Sequence record: OQ383623.1
Length of the DNA: 64,000 nt
Direction: 5' to 3' (one strand)
The notes under the pieces are model-generated. The model ran no database searches. It was not told the origin of the DNA and saw nothing but the letters and a program-made list of their open reading frames with translations. The translations under genes were made by a program, and so were the position numbers. Positions 1 through 9,786 of the stretch are shown here, piece after piece; the first letter of the stretch is position 1, and the number at the start of each line of letters is the position of its first letter.

Positions 1-3
1 AGA

Positions 4-744
4 TTACTTTAAGAGATGCAAGAAGCGTGCTGCCTGTTCTGTAAAGTGAAAATACTCGATGGTATCAGGTTCGTCCGAGTGAATGTCATCCGGGTCCAGC
101 AGGTAGCCCGAGATATCATCCGTTAAAACCCAAGCGTCTCCCTGCAGGAAAATACCCATCGGTTTTTCTACCACGGGCATCACCAAGTCGGAATAAGAGT
201 TACCTTCTGCTACCTTTACAATGTCTTCACACGGGTCAACAATATACAGGTTGCAGAGACTACGATCTTTAAGACTGCGATGAAACATCGCTCGATCGTA
301 CCAAATAACCTGAGAACAATTATCTTCGTCACCCGCCACATCGACCAACTCTGTCCAGAAACGATGTAAGAACCAGTTCAACGCACCGGTTATTAGCTCG
401 TTCGGTTTCAGCATTCTAACGTGTTCGTCGTACAACTCTTCCATTGTCCAGATTCGACAATGCTCACGATCGATTGTCGGTAGCGGAGGTATTTGCGGCG
501 GGACTTGTTTAGGCATCGGTTCATCACATCTTGCGTTGTAACGCGCAATTGTTTCGGTAACCAGCTCTGCCACAACATCACAAGCCGCTTCAAATCCCCA
601 CTTGTACAACACGTCGTAATCTTCCATGGGCGCAGCACCAAACTCACGGTTCGTTGCCATCCACGACATCCATCCGTATTGCTCCACACAGTTAATCAGA
701 CTTTGTGTGTGGAGCGTGAGCGATTCACTCACGACTCGCAACAT
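4..744 (-). CDS. hypothetical protein
   Basis: Long ORF; ATG at 744 lies 1 nt after the RNase H stop (TAA C ATG), suggesting translational coupling. No motif recognised. Confidence 0.7.
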   Translation of the reverse strand: MLRVVSESLTLHTQSLINCVEQYGWMSWMATNREFGAAPMEDYDVLYKWGFEAACDVVAELVTETIARYNARCDEPMPKQVPPQIPPLPTIDREHCRIWTMEELYDEHVRMLKPNELITGALNWFLHRFWTELVDVAGDEDNCSQVIWYDRAMFHRSLKDRSLCNLYIVDPCEDIVKVAEGNSYSDLVMPVVEKPMGIFLQGDAWVLTDDISGYLLDPDDIHSDEPDTIEYFHFTEQAARFLHLLK

Positions 745-745
745 G

Positions 746-2260
746 TTACACCTCTTCTTCTCGCAGTATGCGACGGTTTGCGTAATACGCACACCACAAC
801 CCATGATACTCTTTACCGATATAGATTAAGAAGTAACGGATGTAGTATTTTTCAGGACGACACACCGCGATGTAATAACGGCCTTCGGGTTCTTTAATAC
901 GGTTGATTTCCGTACGCGATGGAATATCGATACCGCGAGTCAAAATAACCGAGACAGGTCGTTTACCCATCGGAAAGTCAATCTTTAACGTTATTGACTT
1001 ATCGACGCTACGGTAGTATTCCTTAACAGGCTTACCTTTGTCATCGAACAACAAGTCAGTAATATCATTTAAGACATAACCCTTTTCCTGATGCAGAACA
1101 TCTCTCAACGTTGTAGCGAGTTCGTCACGAATATCCAGCGCACGGTACGACAATAAGGGCGGGCGAAGCATTCTGGAGATGGCCAGGTCTTCAAAGAACC
1201 AGACATTGGAATCTTCTCCACTGAAATGCATCTTGTCTGCCGGTAATCCATCACCTGCCACGTCAACGAACTTCTTACGTTTAACGAACTCATTGTTAAC
1301 AACACCGATTGGATCATACTGCCGCATCTTCGGTGTATCTTTCCATGCCAGGGCGGCGTGGTTGTTTACAATCGTGTAGATGTTATCCCACGGTTGTTTA
1401 GTGAACATTACGGAAAAGTGTGCATCAGGAATCATTTTCCCAATAAACACCAAGTCGTCCTTGTTCTTTGCATGGTTGCCACCAAACATGTAATAGAAAG
1501 TTTCATCTTTCACTTTTACAGTAGGATGGTCCTCGTTCACCAACGGATAGCAATATTTAACCGTACAAATCGGCGGATATGCCGCAAGGTTCATCCCAGC
1601 GGCGATGGGCTCGGGTTCCGCGGATGCAGGCAACTCATCCTTCGACCAGTACGGCTGATATGGAACGCCGTCGTTGGTCGCTGTGATGGCTGAACCTTTT
1701 CTAGCCAATTCGTCCGCCCGGTCGTTACCGTAGTGGCCGGAGTGTCCTTTGATTTTGATAACCTTAACACCCCGTCCTTCTTTTTTCATCTGCTGTTTGA
1801 TTTCCCAGATACGAACAATAAGTTCTTTGTTCGCCAGCGGAGTACCGTCAGCACGAACCCAGCCACGTTTATGCCAGCCGTCTATCCACTCGTTAAAAGT
1901 GTTTACAACGTAACTGGCATCCACGTAGATGATATAGTTCTTCGCGCGGAAGGGCGCGTTCTCAAACAACGTGATGAAGGCGATTAACTCGCCCACATCT
2001 GAGTAGAACTCTTTCGGAACGGGAATAACGGCGTCGACAAATTGAACGGTGTCCGGCAACTCCGGACACTTCACATCCTGCGGCACTTTTTTGTATCCAA
2101 CAGTGGTAATCCGTTCTGAAACACCCGGATGGCTATAAGCCTGACTGTCTTCCAAATCTCCGTTGTTGAATAAATAACCATGAATACCAGCCCCCGAACC
2201 TTTCGGGGACTCAGTATGACTACCATCGGTATAAATAACCGCTACGTCGACGTCTTTCAT
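746..2260 (-). CDS. rnhA: ribonuclease H (RNase HI domain plus long C-terminal extension, jumbo-phage type)
   Basis: IYTDGS, GELIAF, YVDASYVVNTFNEWIDGWHKRGW..ADG..LANKEL and KIKGHSGHYGNDRADELA reproduce the D-E-D-D RNase HI motifs. Confidence 0.92.
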   Translation of the reverse strand: MKDVDVAVIYTDGSHTESPKGSGAGIHGYLFNNGDLEDSQAYSHPGVSERITTVGYKKVPQDVKCPELPDTVQFVDAVIPVPKEFYSDVGELIAFITLFENAPFRAKNYIIYVDASYVVNTFNEWIDGWHKRGWVRADGTPLANKELIVRIWEIKQQMKKEGRGVKVIKIKGHSGHYGNDRADELARKGSAITATNDGVPYQPYWSKDELPASAEPEPIAAGMNLAAYPPICTVKYCYPLVNEDHPTVKVKDETFYYMFGGNHAKNKDDLVFIGKMIPDAHFSVMFTKQPWDNIYTIVNNHAALAWKDTPKMRQYDPIGVVNNEFVKRKKFVDVAGDGLPADKMHFSGEDSNVWFFEDLAISRMLRPPLLSYRALDIRDELATTLRDVLHQEKGYVLNDITDLLFDDKGKPVKEYYRSVDKSITLKIDFPMGKRPVSVILTRGIDIPSRTEINRIKEPEGRYYIAVCRPEKYYIRYFLIYIGKEYHGLWCAYYANRRILREEEV

Positions 2261-2979
2261 TATTCTCCTCGCAACTGCGGTGGAATGTATTCACCTGTAC
2301 ACATTTCACGATGCGCTTCTAACATACGTTCGAAACCGTACGTGCGTGCGACCAGGGCCAAATGATAGATGCGTGCCGTAGAATACGCTTCCTTCGCAGC
2401 GTCAAAGCTAGCGTTATGCTCGTACGCTTCTTTGCCACGGGTCCAATGGTGCGCTTCTGCGTGCCAGTTCGGTTCCAGGCCAAACGCATATGCAATACGT
2501 TCTGCAGTCCGGTCAGAGTCCAATATAGAAAACTTGCGGTACTTGCCCGGCGGGATATCGCACTGCGCGAATGCGTTCATCAGAATTGGAGCATCGAAAT
2601 CGGGACCGCGCATGGTGATAACCATTTTCACGTTGCCCAGATCATCCAACCATTTTTTGGCCGCCCACAGTGCTTCTGGCAGTGGAGTGGTCCCAGAAAA
2701 CGCTTCAATACGTGCTTTCTCGCTCGGTGCGTATTCGGGGTCGCCTTTACCTTCCCAATAACCGACCGTTTGTGGATCGATGTAGAAGATTTCTTTTGCT
2801 TTTGCATCATTGGGGTCGATTTTGTGGTAACATGAACCGATCATTTTCATTGTCGGAACATCGAATGCCACGTTTGCCAACGTTAAGATGTAGGCATCTG
2901 GACGTAAAGCCAGGGTCTCTAAGTCCGTCCCAACAACAACGGTGGGCGTTAAAACAGGCAGAATTTTAGGATATGTCAT
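2260..2979 (-). CDS. DEDDh 3'-5' exonuclease
   Basis: ExoI GTDLETL, ExoII RGPDFDAPIL, ExoIII EHNASFDA. Confidence 0.85.
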   Translation of the reverse strand: MTYPKILPVLTPTVVVGTDLETLALRPDAYILTLANVAFDVPTMKMIGSCYHKIDPNDAKAKEIFYIDPQTVGYWEGKGDPEYAPSEKARIEAFSGTTPLPEALWAAKKWLDDLGNVKMVITMRGPDFDAPILMNAFAQCDIPPGKYRKFSILDSDRTAERIAYAFGLEPNWHAEAHHWTRGKEAYEHNASFDAAKEAYSTARIYHLALVARTYGFERMLEAHREMCTGEYIPPQLRGE

Positions 2980-3025
2980 TTCAACTCTCCACGAGATTAT
3001 ATATCACACTATTGACTATTAACGT

Positions 3026-3063
3026 AAAAAAAGGAAATCCCCTCTTACCCGAAGGTAAGAGGG
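3026..3063 (-). terminator. intrinsic terminator
   Basis: 10-bp stem CCCTCTTACC/GGTAAGAGGG with cUUCGg loop on the minus strand, then a T-tract; lies just after the stop at 3069. Confidence 0.8.
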
Positions 3064-3068
3064 AGTTT

Positions 3069-3548
3069 TCATTGCACAAGGCAACTACTTTTGTGCCGTT
3101 CGTAGGCATGATTAAAAGACTCTCTGTCTTCGCGATAGCTGCGTATGAGAGACTTAATCTGTCGTGACAAATCACGACTAATGTCCTGAGGGCTACGAGA
3201 ACCAGGGTCGAGATATATCCCGGAGGGTATATCATGAAGAGTGGGGCGAATAAACTCTTCACAAAGCGGTGCGGCCATCGGGGTGCGCCACCCCTTAGCT
3301 TCTGCGTAATTGTTCAACGACTTAGCGTACAGATAAACGTAATAAGCATAAGCGTTCACATCCGCAACAAACATTTTCCCTGCCAGCTTTTTCGCCTCAG
3401 GACTGTTCCCACCAGCATAAACTGGTGGGTGTTCTAAAGGACGAAAAGGCCAATCTCCGGTTGAGGAGTAATCTGGGTCTACGTGACGGATGGCTCCAGG
3501 GCATCCTGTCAACAATAGCACCAGTATCGCCACCAAAAATAACTTCAT
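3069..3548 (-). CDS. lipoprotein, possible o-spanin
   Basis: MKLFLVAILVLLLTGC lipobox; RBS GAGGAG; directly follows a TM plus coiled-coil gene. Confidence 0.6.
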   Translation of the reverse strand: MKLFLVAILVLLLTGCPGAIRHVDPDYSSTGDWPFRPLEHPPVYAGGNSPEAKKLAGKMFVADVNAYAYYVYLYAKSLNNYAEAKGWRTPMAAPLCEEFIRPTLHDIPSGIYLDPGSRSPQDISRDLSRQIKSLIRSYREDRESFNHAYERHKSSCLVQ

Positions 3549-3557
3549 GTATGCTCC

Positions 3558-4067
3558 TCATGGATTATTAAGCGTACTGATAATCTCCTGTCGGAAATCA
3601 TTTGCCTCCTGCGACCCTACCGGGCGAGAAGCGGCCTGGTATTTCTTGGCAGGTGGGCTAGACGGATTTAACGGTGCCGGCGGTGTTACCGGCTTGAGTT
3701 CTACAGGCGGAACCGCGGCCTCAGTGCCTGTTCCTGTTGGAGATTTGGTACCATCATATGGCGGTCGAGAACCCAGGCACGTGAAGAGACGATCGTACAA
3801 CTTATTGTTCTCCACTTCGCCATGATCGGACTTCTCTTTTAGCTCCTTATAGGATATCTCCAGATACTGAGTACGCGATTGAACGCTAACCAGTGTGTGG
3901 TATTGAACAATATAGGCATATGAGACAAATGCAGAGAACGCGATCAGTGCCACTATCACTAGTGTCACTATTTTCCCGGCTCGTGTTACTTTCTCCCCCT
4001 CGCCCGGTTTAAATGCTTCCCACAGCATTTGTAAGAATGGAAGCAGTTTGAAAACTGATGCTATCAT
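3558..4067 (-). CDS. inner-membrane protein, possible i-spanin
   Basis: One strong TM helix (IVTLVIVALIAFSAFVSYAYIV), then a coiled-coil-like segment and a Pro-rich tail; RBS GAGGTG before ATG 4067. Confidence 0.55.
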   Translation of the reverse strand: MIASVFKLLPFLQMLWEAFKPGEGEKVTRAGKIVTLVIVALIAFSAFVSYAYIVQYHTLVSVQSRTQYLEISYKELKEKSDHGEVENNKLYDRLFTCLGSRPPYDGTKSPTGTGTEAAVPPVELKPVTPPAPLNPSSPPAKKYQAASRPVGSQEANDFRQEIISTLNNP

Positions 4068-4091
4068 GCTCACCTCGGAGAGTTTTTAATT

Positions 4092-5471
4092 ATGTATGAT
4101 TTACAAGGCTTTATTCAAATAGCGGCTCTGATTGATAATGGCCCTGGCAACACCGCTCCGGTAGGTGAGTTGTCTGAGCTGTCATATTCGTTCGCTAAAA
4201 GCAAGCAGTATTTTACTAAAGAAAATCTGCAGGTGGAACTGGTTGCTTTTACTTCTAAACGTGACGAGTTGCCTATTAAGACCCCGGCCGTCTTTAGCGA
4301 CCACGTTCTTACTGTTTCCCAATGGATCTACCAACAGTCTATCCTGGGCAACTTAAGAAACGACGAAGTTGAATTCCAGCGTTTGCTGTTGGGGCAATTT
4401 AATAGTGTCATCAGCGGTGTTCAGTCTGGCGCGATGATTCAGACTAACAGTAACTGGTTCCCACGTTGGGTCAGTTGGAAACTTGAAACCACAGCAGATA
4501 AAGTCGAAGACCCATCTGATGTGAATAACCAGATTATTCTCTGGTTTGCTGATGAAGATTTCAATCAGGACTATACCGGATTTGAAATTGAAGTCCAAAT
4601 GCCGATATTACCGGTTGATACTTTCTTGGCTGTGAAATCTGTAGTCGAAAAGGCAATGGAAGGGTTCAACCTTCCGGATCACCATAATAAGATTAACGAA
4701 TTAGCTGACGGTTATCCGTACACTAGCCTGATTACTAACATCTATACTTGGCACGACCAGGAAGACTTTGATTCCACCTTACCGATACCGATGTCGGCTA
4801 TCATCTACGGACGCGCGGGTCGTAACCCGAGCAGGATTAAACAAGCGTTACGTGATTACATTTTGGCAAACTCCAGTTTTACTGTGGCGTTGGGTGTCAA
4901 GGTGTTCCCAGAAATCTTTACGACCACCAAGTTCACAATTGTTCCCGGTTGGTCAATTCGTGGGATTCCAAATGAGGAAGACGTTGCGGCATTATACTCG
5001 CCGATTCTCCCATATGATTTCTGGGTCAAAGCAATCTCCCGATTTGGGGAGTGGACTGTTCAAACCATTACGGAAAAAAATAGTGGAGCAATCTCAACTC
5101 CAACTACCGATGTAACGGATTTACCGTCCATCTATAAATCACTAAACGCTGTAGTTATCGCAGGCCCTGAAAACGATTCACGCAAAACGACCCTGCACGA
5201 TACGATTCCCGACTACGCATTAATCGGCACTAACAATGCAGATATTGCGAGAATGTCGAAGAAAACCACCGAGTGGCTGGACTTGTTCTTCCAGGCGTTA
5301 ATCGCAGCGGAAGAGTATCACCCACATTCCACCCCGCTGGATATCGTGAAGCTCGTAGACGACGTCGATCCTAACGTTTACTTCTACGTCTTCGAATTCG
5401 ATAACGTGGAGTATCGTGTCTTGGCCCGCAAAGCTGTTTGGGATGTCCCTGCGGCAGAGCCAGAAGCCTAA
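4092..5471 (+). CDS. putative virion structural protein (phiKZ-like conserved family)
   Basis: 459-aa ORF; the N-terminus GFIQIAALIDN...ELSELSYSF is recalled from jumbo-phage virion proteins near RNase H; not verified. Confidence 0.55.
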   Translation: MYDLQGFIQIAALIDNGPGNTAPVGELSELSYSFAKSKQYFTKENLQVELVAFTSKRDELPIKTPAVFSDHVLTVSQWIYQQSILGNLRNDEVEFQRLLLGQFNSVISGVQSGAMIQTNSNWFPRWVSWKLETTADKVEDPSDVNNQIILWFADEDFNQDYTGFEIEVQMPILPVDTFLAVKSVVEKAMEGFNLPDHHNKINELADGYPYTSLITNIYTWHDQEDFDSTLPIPMSAIIYGRAGRNPSRIKQALRDYILANSSFTVALGVKVFPEIFTTTKFTIVPGWSIRGIPNEEDVAALYSPILPYDFWVKAISRFGEWTVQTITEKNSGAISTPTTDVTDLPSIYKSLNAVVIAGPENDSRKTTLHDTIPDYALIGTNNADIARMSKKTTEWLDLFFQALIAAEEYHPHSTPLDIVKLVDDVDPNVYFYVFEFDNVEYRVLARKAVWDVPAAEPEA

Positions 5472-5481
5472 GGAGGGTTAA

Positions 5482-6105
5482 ATGGCACAACTGTTGCCTA
5501 ACACACCTCAGGTTAACCTTGAGGGGTTGTTCAAGGTTAAGGCACCTTATACGTTGCCAGATAAAGTGATTTACCGTGTTGACGCGGTACAGAACTTTCC
5601 GAAACTCCAACGTAATAATATTGACGTTTATAACAAGTATTATAAACCTGTCGGCCTAACTCGTGACGACTATATCAGCGACGCTAATGTCGAAGCCTCG
5701 ATTGTAACATTAAAGTCGAGGGACGGTCAAGTCTACGAGTTGCCTGATACGTACATTGAGACGTATCCTGGACTGAATGGGTTAAATTATAGACGCAATG
5801 TGGTGGTTATTGACCTGGCATTAATACCCGAATACGTCGATGTCACACTGCTAACGAACGACCTGAAAAGCATCTTAGAACGCGGTTTAGGAATCGATGC
5901 ACGTGTGGACATCACATCGATGGATTACGAAGGGACGGTGACGGAAGAAGAACACTTGCAAATGGAAGCGGTGCGTAAAGCCAAAATCCGTGAGCAGGTT
6001 CCTCTGACAGAACAAGTTGCAACACTCACTAAGCAGAATCAAGAACTGCAGGCGTTGAATGATGCGATGTTGAAAATCCTGAAAGATAACGGGTTAACAA
6101 ATTAA
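5482..6105 (+). CDS. hypothetical protein with C-terminal coiled coil
   Basis: RBS AAGGAGG; heptad tail LTEQVATLTKQNQELQALNDAML. Confidence 0.7.
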   Translation: MAQLLPNTPQVNLEGLFKVKAPYTLPDKVIYRVDAVQNFPKLQRNNIDVYNKYYKPVGLTRDDYISDANVEASIVTLKSRDGQVYELPDTYIETYPGLNGLNYRRNVVVIDLALIPEYVDVTLLTNDLKSILERGLGIDARVDITSMDYEGTVTEEEHLQMEAVRKAKIREQVPLTEQVATLTKQNQELQALNDAMLKILKDNGLTN

Positions 6106-6156
6106 AGAAAAAAAGAACTACCTACTCCCTTGGGAGTAGGTAGGCTTTTATTTTTT
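6104..6156. terminator. bidirectional intrinsic terminator
   Basis: CTACCTACTCCC-TT-GGGAGTAGGTAG flanked by A- and T-tracts between convergent genes. Confidence 0.85.
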
Positions 6157-6162
6157 ATCGCA

Positions 6163-7296
6163 TTACTTGCCGATAATTTCACGCATCATTGCTTTGATTG
6201 TGGCAGCAGTACGTTTCTTTTTCGGCTGCTTGCGGATTTCCGCGTACAGCTTATCCAGGTTCAGAGTTTTCTGTACCTGTGCAGCGATATGCATTTGCTC
6301 TTCGTCGATTTTCACTTCGACGGTCTGCTCCTGCATCTTGCCCAGTTCCTGAATAACGCTGGCAACCGATACCGGATATGCGGTTGATTTCGGACGCTCA
6401 ATGCCGAGGGTGATGAAGATTTCATCATCGATGAACACGTTTTCGATATCAGCCAGGTTTTCCAGAATGATTTCATCGTGGTCTTCATCTTCCGACGCAT
6501 TCGGGTATGGACGTTTGTAGGTGTAATCCCACACGTCATAACCGAGTTTATCTGCGAGTTGTACGAAACCTTCCCAGGTTACTTCGCCGGGGTTGATAGT
6601 CTGGCCACGGAAACCGGGGTTGGCCGTAAAGACTTTCACCCAGTCGATGTTCGCGATGTTACGACACTCTTCCAGCGGCGCGTAACGATCTCCCACTTCG
6701 TCATTGTCAGTCTCTTCAACATGCTCCGCTTCACAACGCTCGAAAGTAACTGAGTGTGGTTTACCGTCGCCGAAGATAACGGAGGCAGCACGCCAGTCTT
6801 CGATAGTCCACTGGACATGAGTCAATTCAATGTAACAATGCCCAACCTTAGCACGGCCTTGTGGGGCACTTACTGGTTTAATCAACTCACCTGGTTCGAA
6901 GAAGAATCCGTCAGAATGTGCAATGGCATACCAGACACCATCAACGCCTTCAACGAGAATAGACCAGTTATAAGGCGCGTGGCAATTTTGGAAAGCTACG
7001 CCCAGCATACTTCCCCAACGGTCATCTGGCGAATATTTCAGTGGCGGCAGGTTATCAAACTGAAGAGTTTGAGAAGAAAGGCACAACTTATTACGCAGGT
7101 GCGGCAGCGGCAGATAAGCCTCCACATTGTTATCGACCAGCGCATTGTAAAGATCCGGGTTGATAACACCGGTGCCAGTGACGTGTTGTGCAATCAGAGC
7201 TTCTGAATATGCACGAATACCTTCGTAGCTAAGCACATACGCACGGTCACGTACTACACGAGCCATATCTTCGATTACGGAAATTGGAAATTGCAT
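6163..7296 (-). CDS. hypothetical protein
   Basis: Long ORF; RBS AAGGA before ATG 7296. Confidence 0.7.
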   Translation of the reverse strand: MQFPISVIEDMARVVRDRAYVLSYEGIRAYSEALIAQHVTGTGVINPDLYNALVDNNVEAYLPLPHLRNKLCLSSQTLQFDNLPPLKYSPDDRWGSMLGVAFQNCHAPYNWSILVEGVDGVWYAIAHSDGFFFEPGELIKPVSAPQGRAKVGHCYIELTHVQWTIEDWRAASVIFGDGKPHSVTFERCEAEHVEETDNDEVGDRYAPLEECRNIANIDWVKVFTANPGFRGQTINPGEVTWEGFVQLADKLGYDVWDYTYKRPYPNASEDEDHDEIILENLADIENVFIDDEIFITLGIERPKSTAYPVSVASVIQELGKMQEQTVEVKIDEEQMHIAAQVQKTLNLDKLYAEIRKQPKKKRTAATIKAMMREIIGK

Positions 7297-7356
7297 GTTA
7301 ATAGTCCTTATAAAAGTCAATGGTATTTTCAGATGATTAGTTACTGCTGTAAAAAA

Positions 7357-7623
7357 CTAGTTACGGTCGGAATTAAAGACGTGCCAGGTACTCCGCCAGC
7401 GAAAGAATCGGGTTATGAAACCACGTATGTGGTAGCCTGAGAACAACATCCAGATGGTAAGAAAGAGTTGCGCCCATGGGGACGTGAGTTCCATCAGATG
7501 TGCGACAATCGCACCGATTACCAACATTACCGTGGAGAATAACAAACTATACATCATCGGAATGTTGTGGCTATAGCGTTTCTCCATCCAGTAGAGAAAA
7601 TTTATTAAACGTTTCACGAACAC
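7357..7623 (-). CDS. small membrane protein
   Basis: Two hydrophobic helices in 88 aa. Confidence 0.55.
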   Translation of the reverse strand: MFVKRLINFLYWMEKRYSHNIPMMYSLLFSTVMLVIGAIVAHLMELTSPWAQLFLTIWMLFSGYHIRGFITRFFRWRSTWHVFNSDRN

Positions 7624-7636
7624 ACACCCAAGAATT

Positions 7637-7669
7637 AAATAAAAGGTGGTCAGACCCGAAGGTCTGACC
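7637..7669 (-). terminator. intrinsic terminator
   Basis: GGTCAGACC-UUCG-GGTCTGACC stem then TTTTATTT on the minus strand. Confidence 0.75.
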
Positions 7670-7674
7670 GTTAA

Positions 7675-8268
7675 TTACGCTTCGGCCTCAAAGAACGGCT
7701 GGTTCGGTACCACTGCATATTCGAGCACGAAAAGATGTTCTGGGGCATCTTCTGCTCGCCACAGTTTGTGGCACGTTGCCAGTTTTTCCAGGATGGTCAA
7801 CCAGCTGAGCTGGCAGAAAGCACGATCGCCGAAGAACAGTTTCTGCAGTGCAATCGACACATCCATATACGCCTGTTTGAAGTCGAGTTCTTTATCGTAA
7901 CCCGCCGACTGTCGCCACGTCAGCACGAAGCCTGCTTCGGTTTCGTTAATTGCTGGACGTAAACCACAAATCCACATCAGCGCCAGATTAACGTTCCAGT
8001 CGAATTCGATACCTTCGTCTTCGTCATCACCAAACGCCGCGTTTAACGCGTCGTAGAAACCGTGGTTCTCTGCGAACCATTCGCCGTACTCAACGTAGAC
8101 AGGTGCTTCGACAGCTTCCCCATCGACTTCACCGATAGGACGCTCAACGTAGTTCGGATTGGTTTGAACGTGTTCCGCACCCGCGCGAATCAGTTCGTAA
8201 ACGTCTTTGGCGGTGATTTGTGCGGCTGTTTTAAGACCTGGATACCAGGGGCGTGTTACGAGTGTCAA
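7675..8268 (-). CDS. hypothetical protein (acidic)
   Basis: 197-aa ORF overlapping the SLT stop codon; RBS AAGGAG. Confidence 0.65.
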   Translation of the reverse strand: MTLVTRPWYPGLKTAAQITAKDVYELIRAGAEHVQTNPNYVERPIGEVDGEAVEAPVYVEYGEWFAENHGFYDALNAAFGDDEDEGIEFDWNVNLALMWICGLRPAINETEAGFVLTWRQSAGYDKELDFKQAYMDVSIALQKLFFGDRAFCQLSWLTILEKLATCHKLWRAEDAPEHLFVLEYAVVPNQPFFEAEA

Positions 8269-8987
8269 AGCAATGCTCCTTTCATGATAGTGTTATTTGC
8301 CAGTAATGTACCGGCCGCAGGTGATATTTTGGTGTACAGCGTATCCCAGATTTTCTGAAGTTCGGCGACGCGTTGGTCGTGGTCTTCCTTCGCAAAAGCA
8401 AGCTGACGTGTTTCAGCTTTCGGTGGTGTCATTTTCGCACCGTAGAATGCTGCGTCTTTTCGGTAGCTGGCCATCCAGCGTTTCCCGACCGGTGATTTCT
8501 TTTTAATCATCGCAACAGCAGCACCCTCACCGAAGCGGTAGCCTAAAGCGATTTCGGCTGTGCTCGGCTTGCGTTTGAGTTGTTTTGTCAGATGATCCTC
8601 GATGTGTTTCATGTAAACGGCAGCAAGCTGTACAGCATACTTCGGTTTATTAAGGTCCGCATTCTTTGGGATGTTAAGTTGTTTCCCATACAGACGTATC
8701 ATGGAGCGTTTAGTGCCTGTCGTCATTTGGACAACACTACTAGCACTGCTCGATTTATTCTTACCCACGTTTTTATTAAAACGGGATTCACGATAAATGG
8801 TGGTCGCGAGCATCCCGGCATGTACGCCTTGTTTTCGAGATGCGGTGACGATGAGAGGTTTAATCTCATTGAACTGGTCCTGGATAAGGACGAATTCTTT
8901 TTGGTGTTTGTTACTGGTGGTCTGGTAAGAAGCGTTGCTGTTGAACGTAGTCATTGCTACCAGAAGAAATAAAATGGTGCGAAACAT
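8265..8987 (-). CDS. secreted lytic transglycosylase (SLT domain)
   Basis: Signal peptide; IYRESRFN (catalytic Glu), ASSVVQM in place of AxGLxQ, LNKPKYAVQLAAVYM, LGYRFG in place of AYNxG. Confidence 0.75.
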   Translation of the reverse strand: MFRTILFLLVAMTTFNSNASYQTTSNKHQKEFVLIQDQFNEIKPLIVTASRKQGVHAGMLATTIYRESRFNKNVGKNKSSSASSVVQMTTGTKRSMIRLYGKQLNIPKNADLNKPKYAVQLAAVYMKHIEDHLTKQLKRKPSTAEIALGYRFGEGAAVAMIKKKSPVGKRWMASYRKDAAFYGAKMTPPKAETRQLAFAKEDHDQRVAELQKIWDTLYTKISPAAGTLLANNTIMKGALL

Positions 8988-9086
8988 GGATGTATCTCCA
9001 AACGGATTTATACTTTTCCGTTCCCAATCCGGGAAGACGGCGCGGACGGCATTGTGCTCCTTTGTAATGTGCCCTGATGATAATAT

Positions 9087-9587
9087 CTATTTGAAACTAT
9101 TTGGGATGATTTTCTCTGCTTCCCTCAGCAGGGTGTCCGGTAAATAGAATCGATAAGTCTGCTCCGTGTGCTGTAGTCGTTTCTGTAAGTGTATAAAGAT
9201 TTCCAATCGCTCATGGTAACGTAACCAACCGTTAGCCATCCCTAGGGGCGGTATCGCAATCCCTCCTTCTAAGTCTTCCCCTAATCGCGCCAGCGCATCA
9301 ATGCCGGACGTGACATAGTAAATCTGCGATTTATAGCGAAAATGGGTTTTAGTAGGAAGGAGTATTACCCCTTCCTCAGGATAACAATAGACCTCACCGA
9401 TAACGATTTGCTCTTTACGGCATTTCTGGCGATAGTCATTATAAAGCGATGGGAAGCGTTCTCGGCACGCCAAGGCAATGCCCCTTCCCATTGCACCAAC
9501 GCAGTTAACTGTAACGACCTTGAAGCGCTCAGGCGCGTTAAACAAGTCGTGGGAGATAATAGCCTCGTCGATCAGTTCTAGTGACAT
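9087..9587 (-). CDS. macrodomain protein, DarG/TARG1-like ADP-ribosyl hydrolase
   Basis: TVNCVGAMGRGIALACRERFP, LLPTK and IAIPPLGMANG match DarG-type macrodomain motifs. Confidence 0.85.
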   Translation of the reverse strand: MSLELIDEAIISHDLFNAPERFKVVTVNCVGAMGRGIALACRERFPSLYNDYRQKCRKEQIVIGEVYCYPEEGVILLPTKTHFRYKSQIYYVTSGIDALARLGEDLEGGIAIPPLGMANGWLRYHERLEIFIHLQKRLQHTEQTYRFYLPDTLLREAEKIIPNSFK

Positions 9588-9786
9588 CTATTGCCATACC
9601 CCATTGTGAAATAACCGGAGACTGGAGCAACGATTCCAGCTCAGTAAGAACTCTGGCTTTTGCTTCTTCGCGCAACTTACGGACTTCCGGATCAGGTTTG
9701 CCTGCGCCCAAATATTGGGGTTCTGTTTGTGGGGTAGGGAAGCCACAGAAAGAACCAACCGTTATTCCGATGATTGTTTTTTGCAT
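9538..9786 (-). CDS. hypothetical protein
   Basis: 82-aa ORF starting at the stop of the upstream gene; overlaps the macrodomain start. Confidence 0.45.
   Translation of the reverse strand: MQKTIIGITVGSFCGFPTPQTEPQYLGAGKPDPEVRKLREEAKARVLTELESLLQSPVISQWGMAIDVTRTDRRGYYLPRLV

Noticed and set aside
746-1600. RNase H C-terminal extension as an intein or homing endonuclease
   Set aside because: No intein splice residues or LAGLIDADG/HNH motifs; long RNase H proteins are usual in this phage group.
2975-3020. GTGATATATAATCTCGTGGAG upstream of the exonuclease as another copy of the CAGA motif
   Set aside because: Only partial similarity; plausible promoter but not counted.
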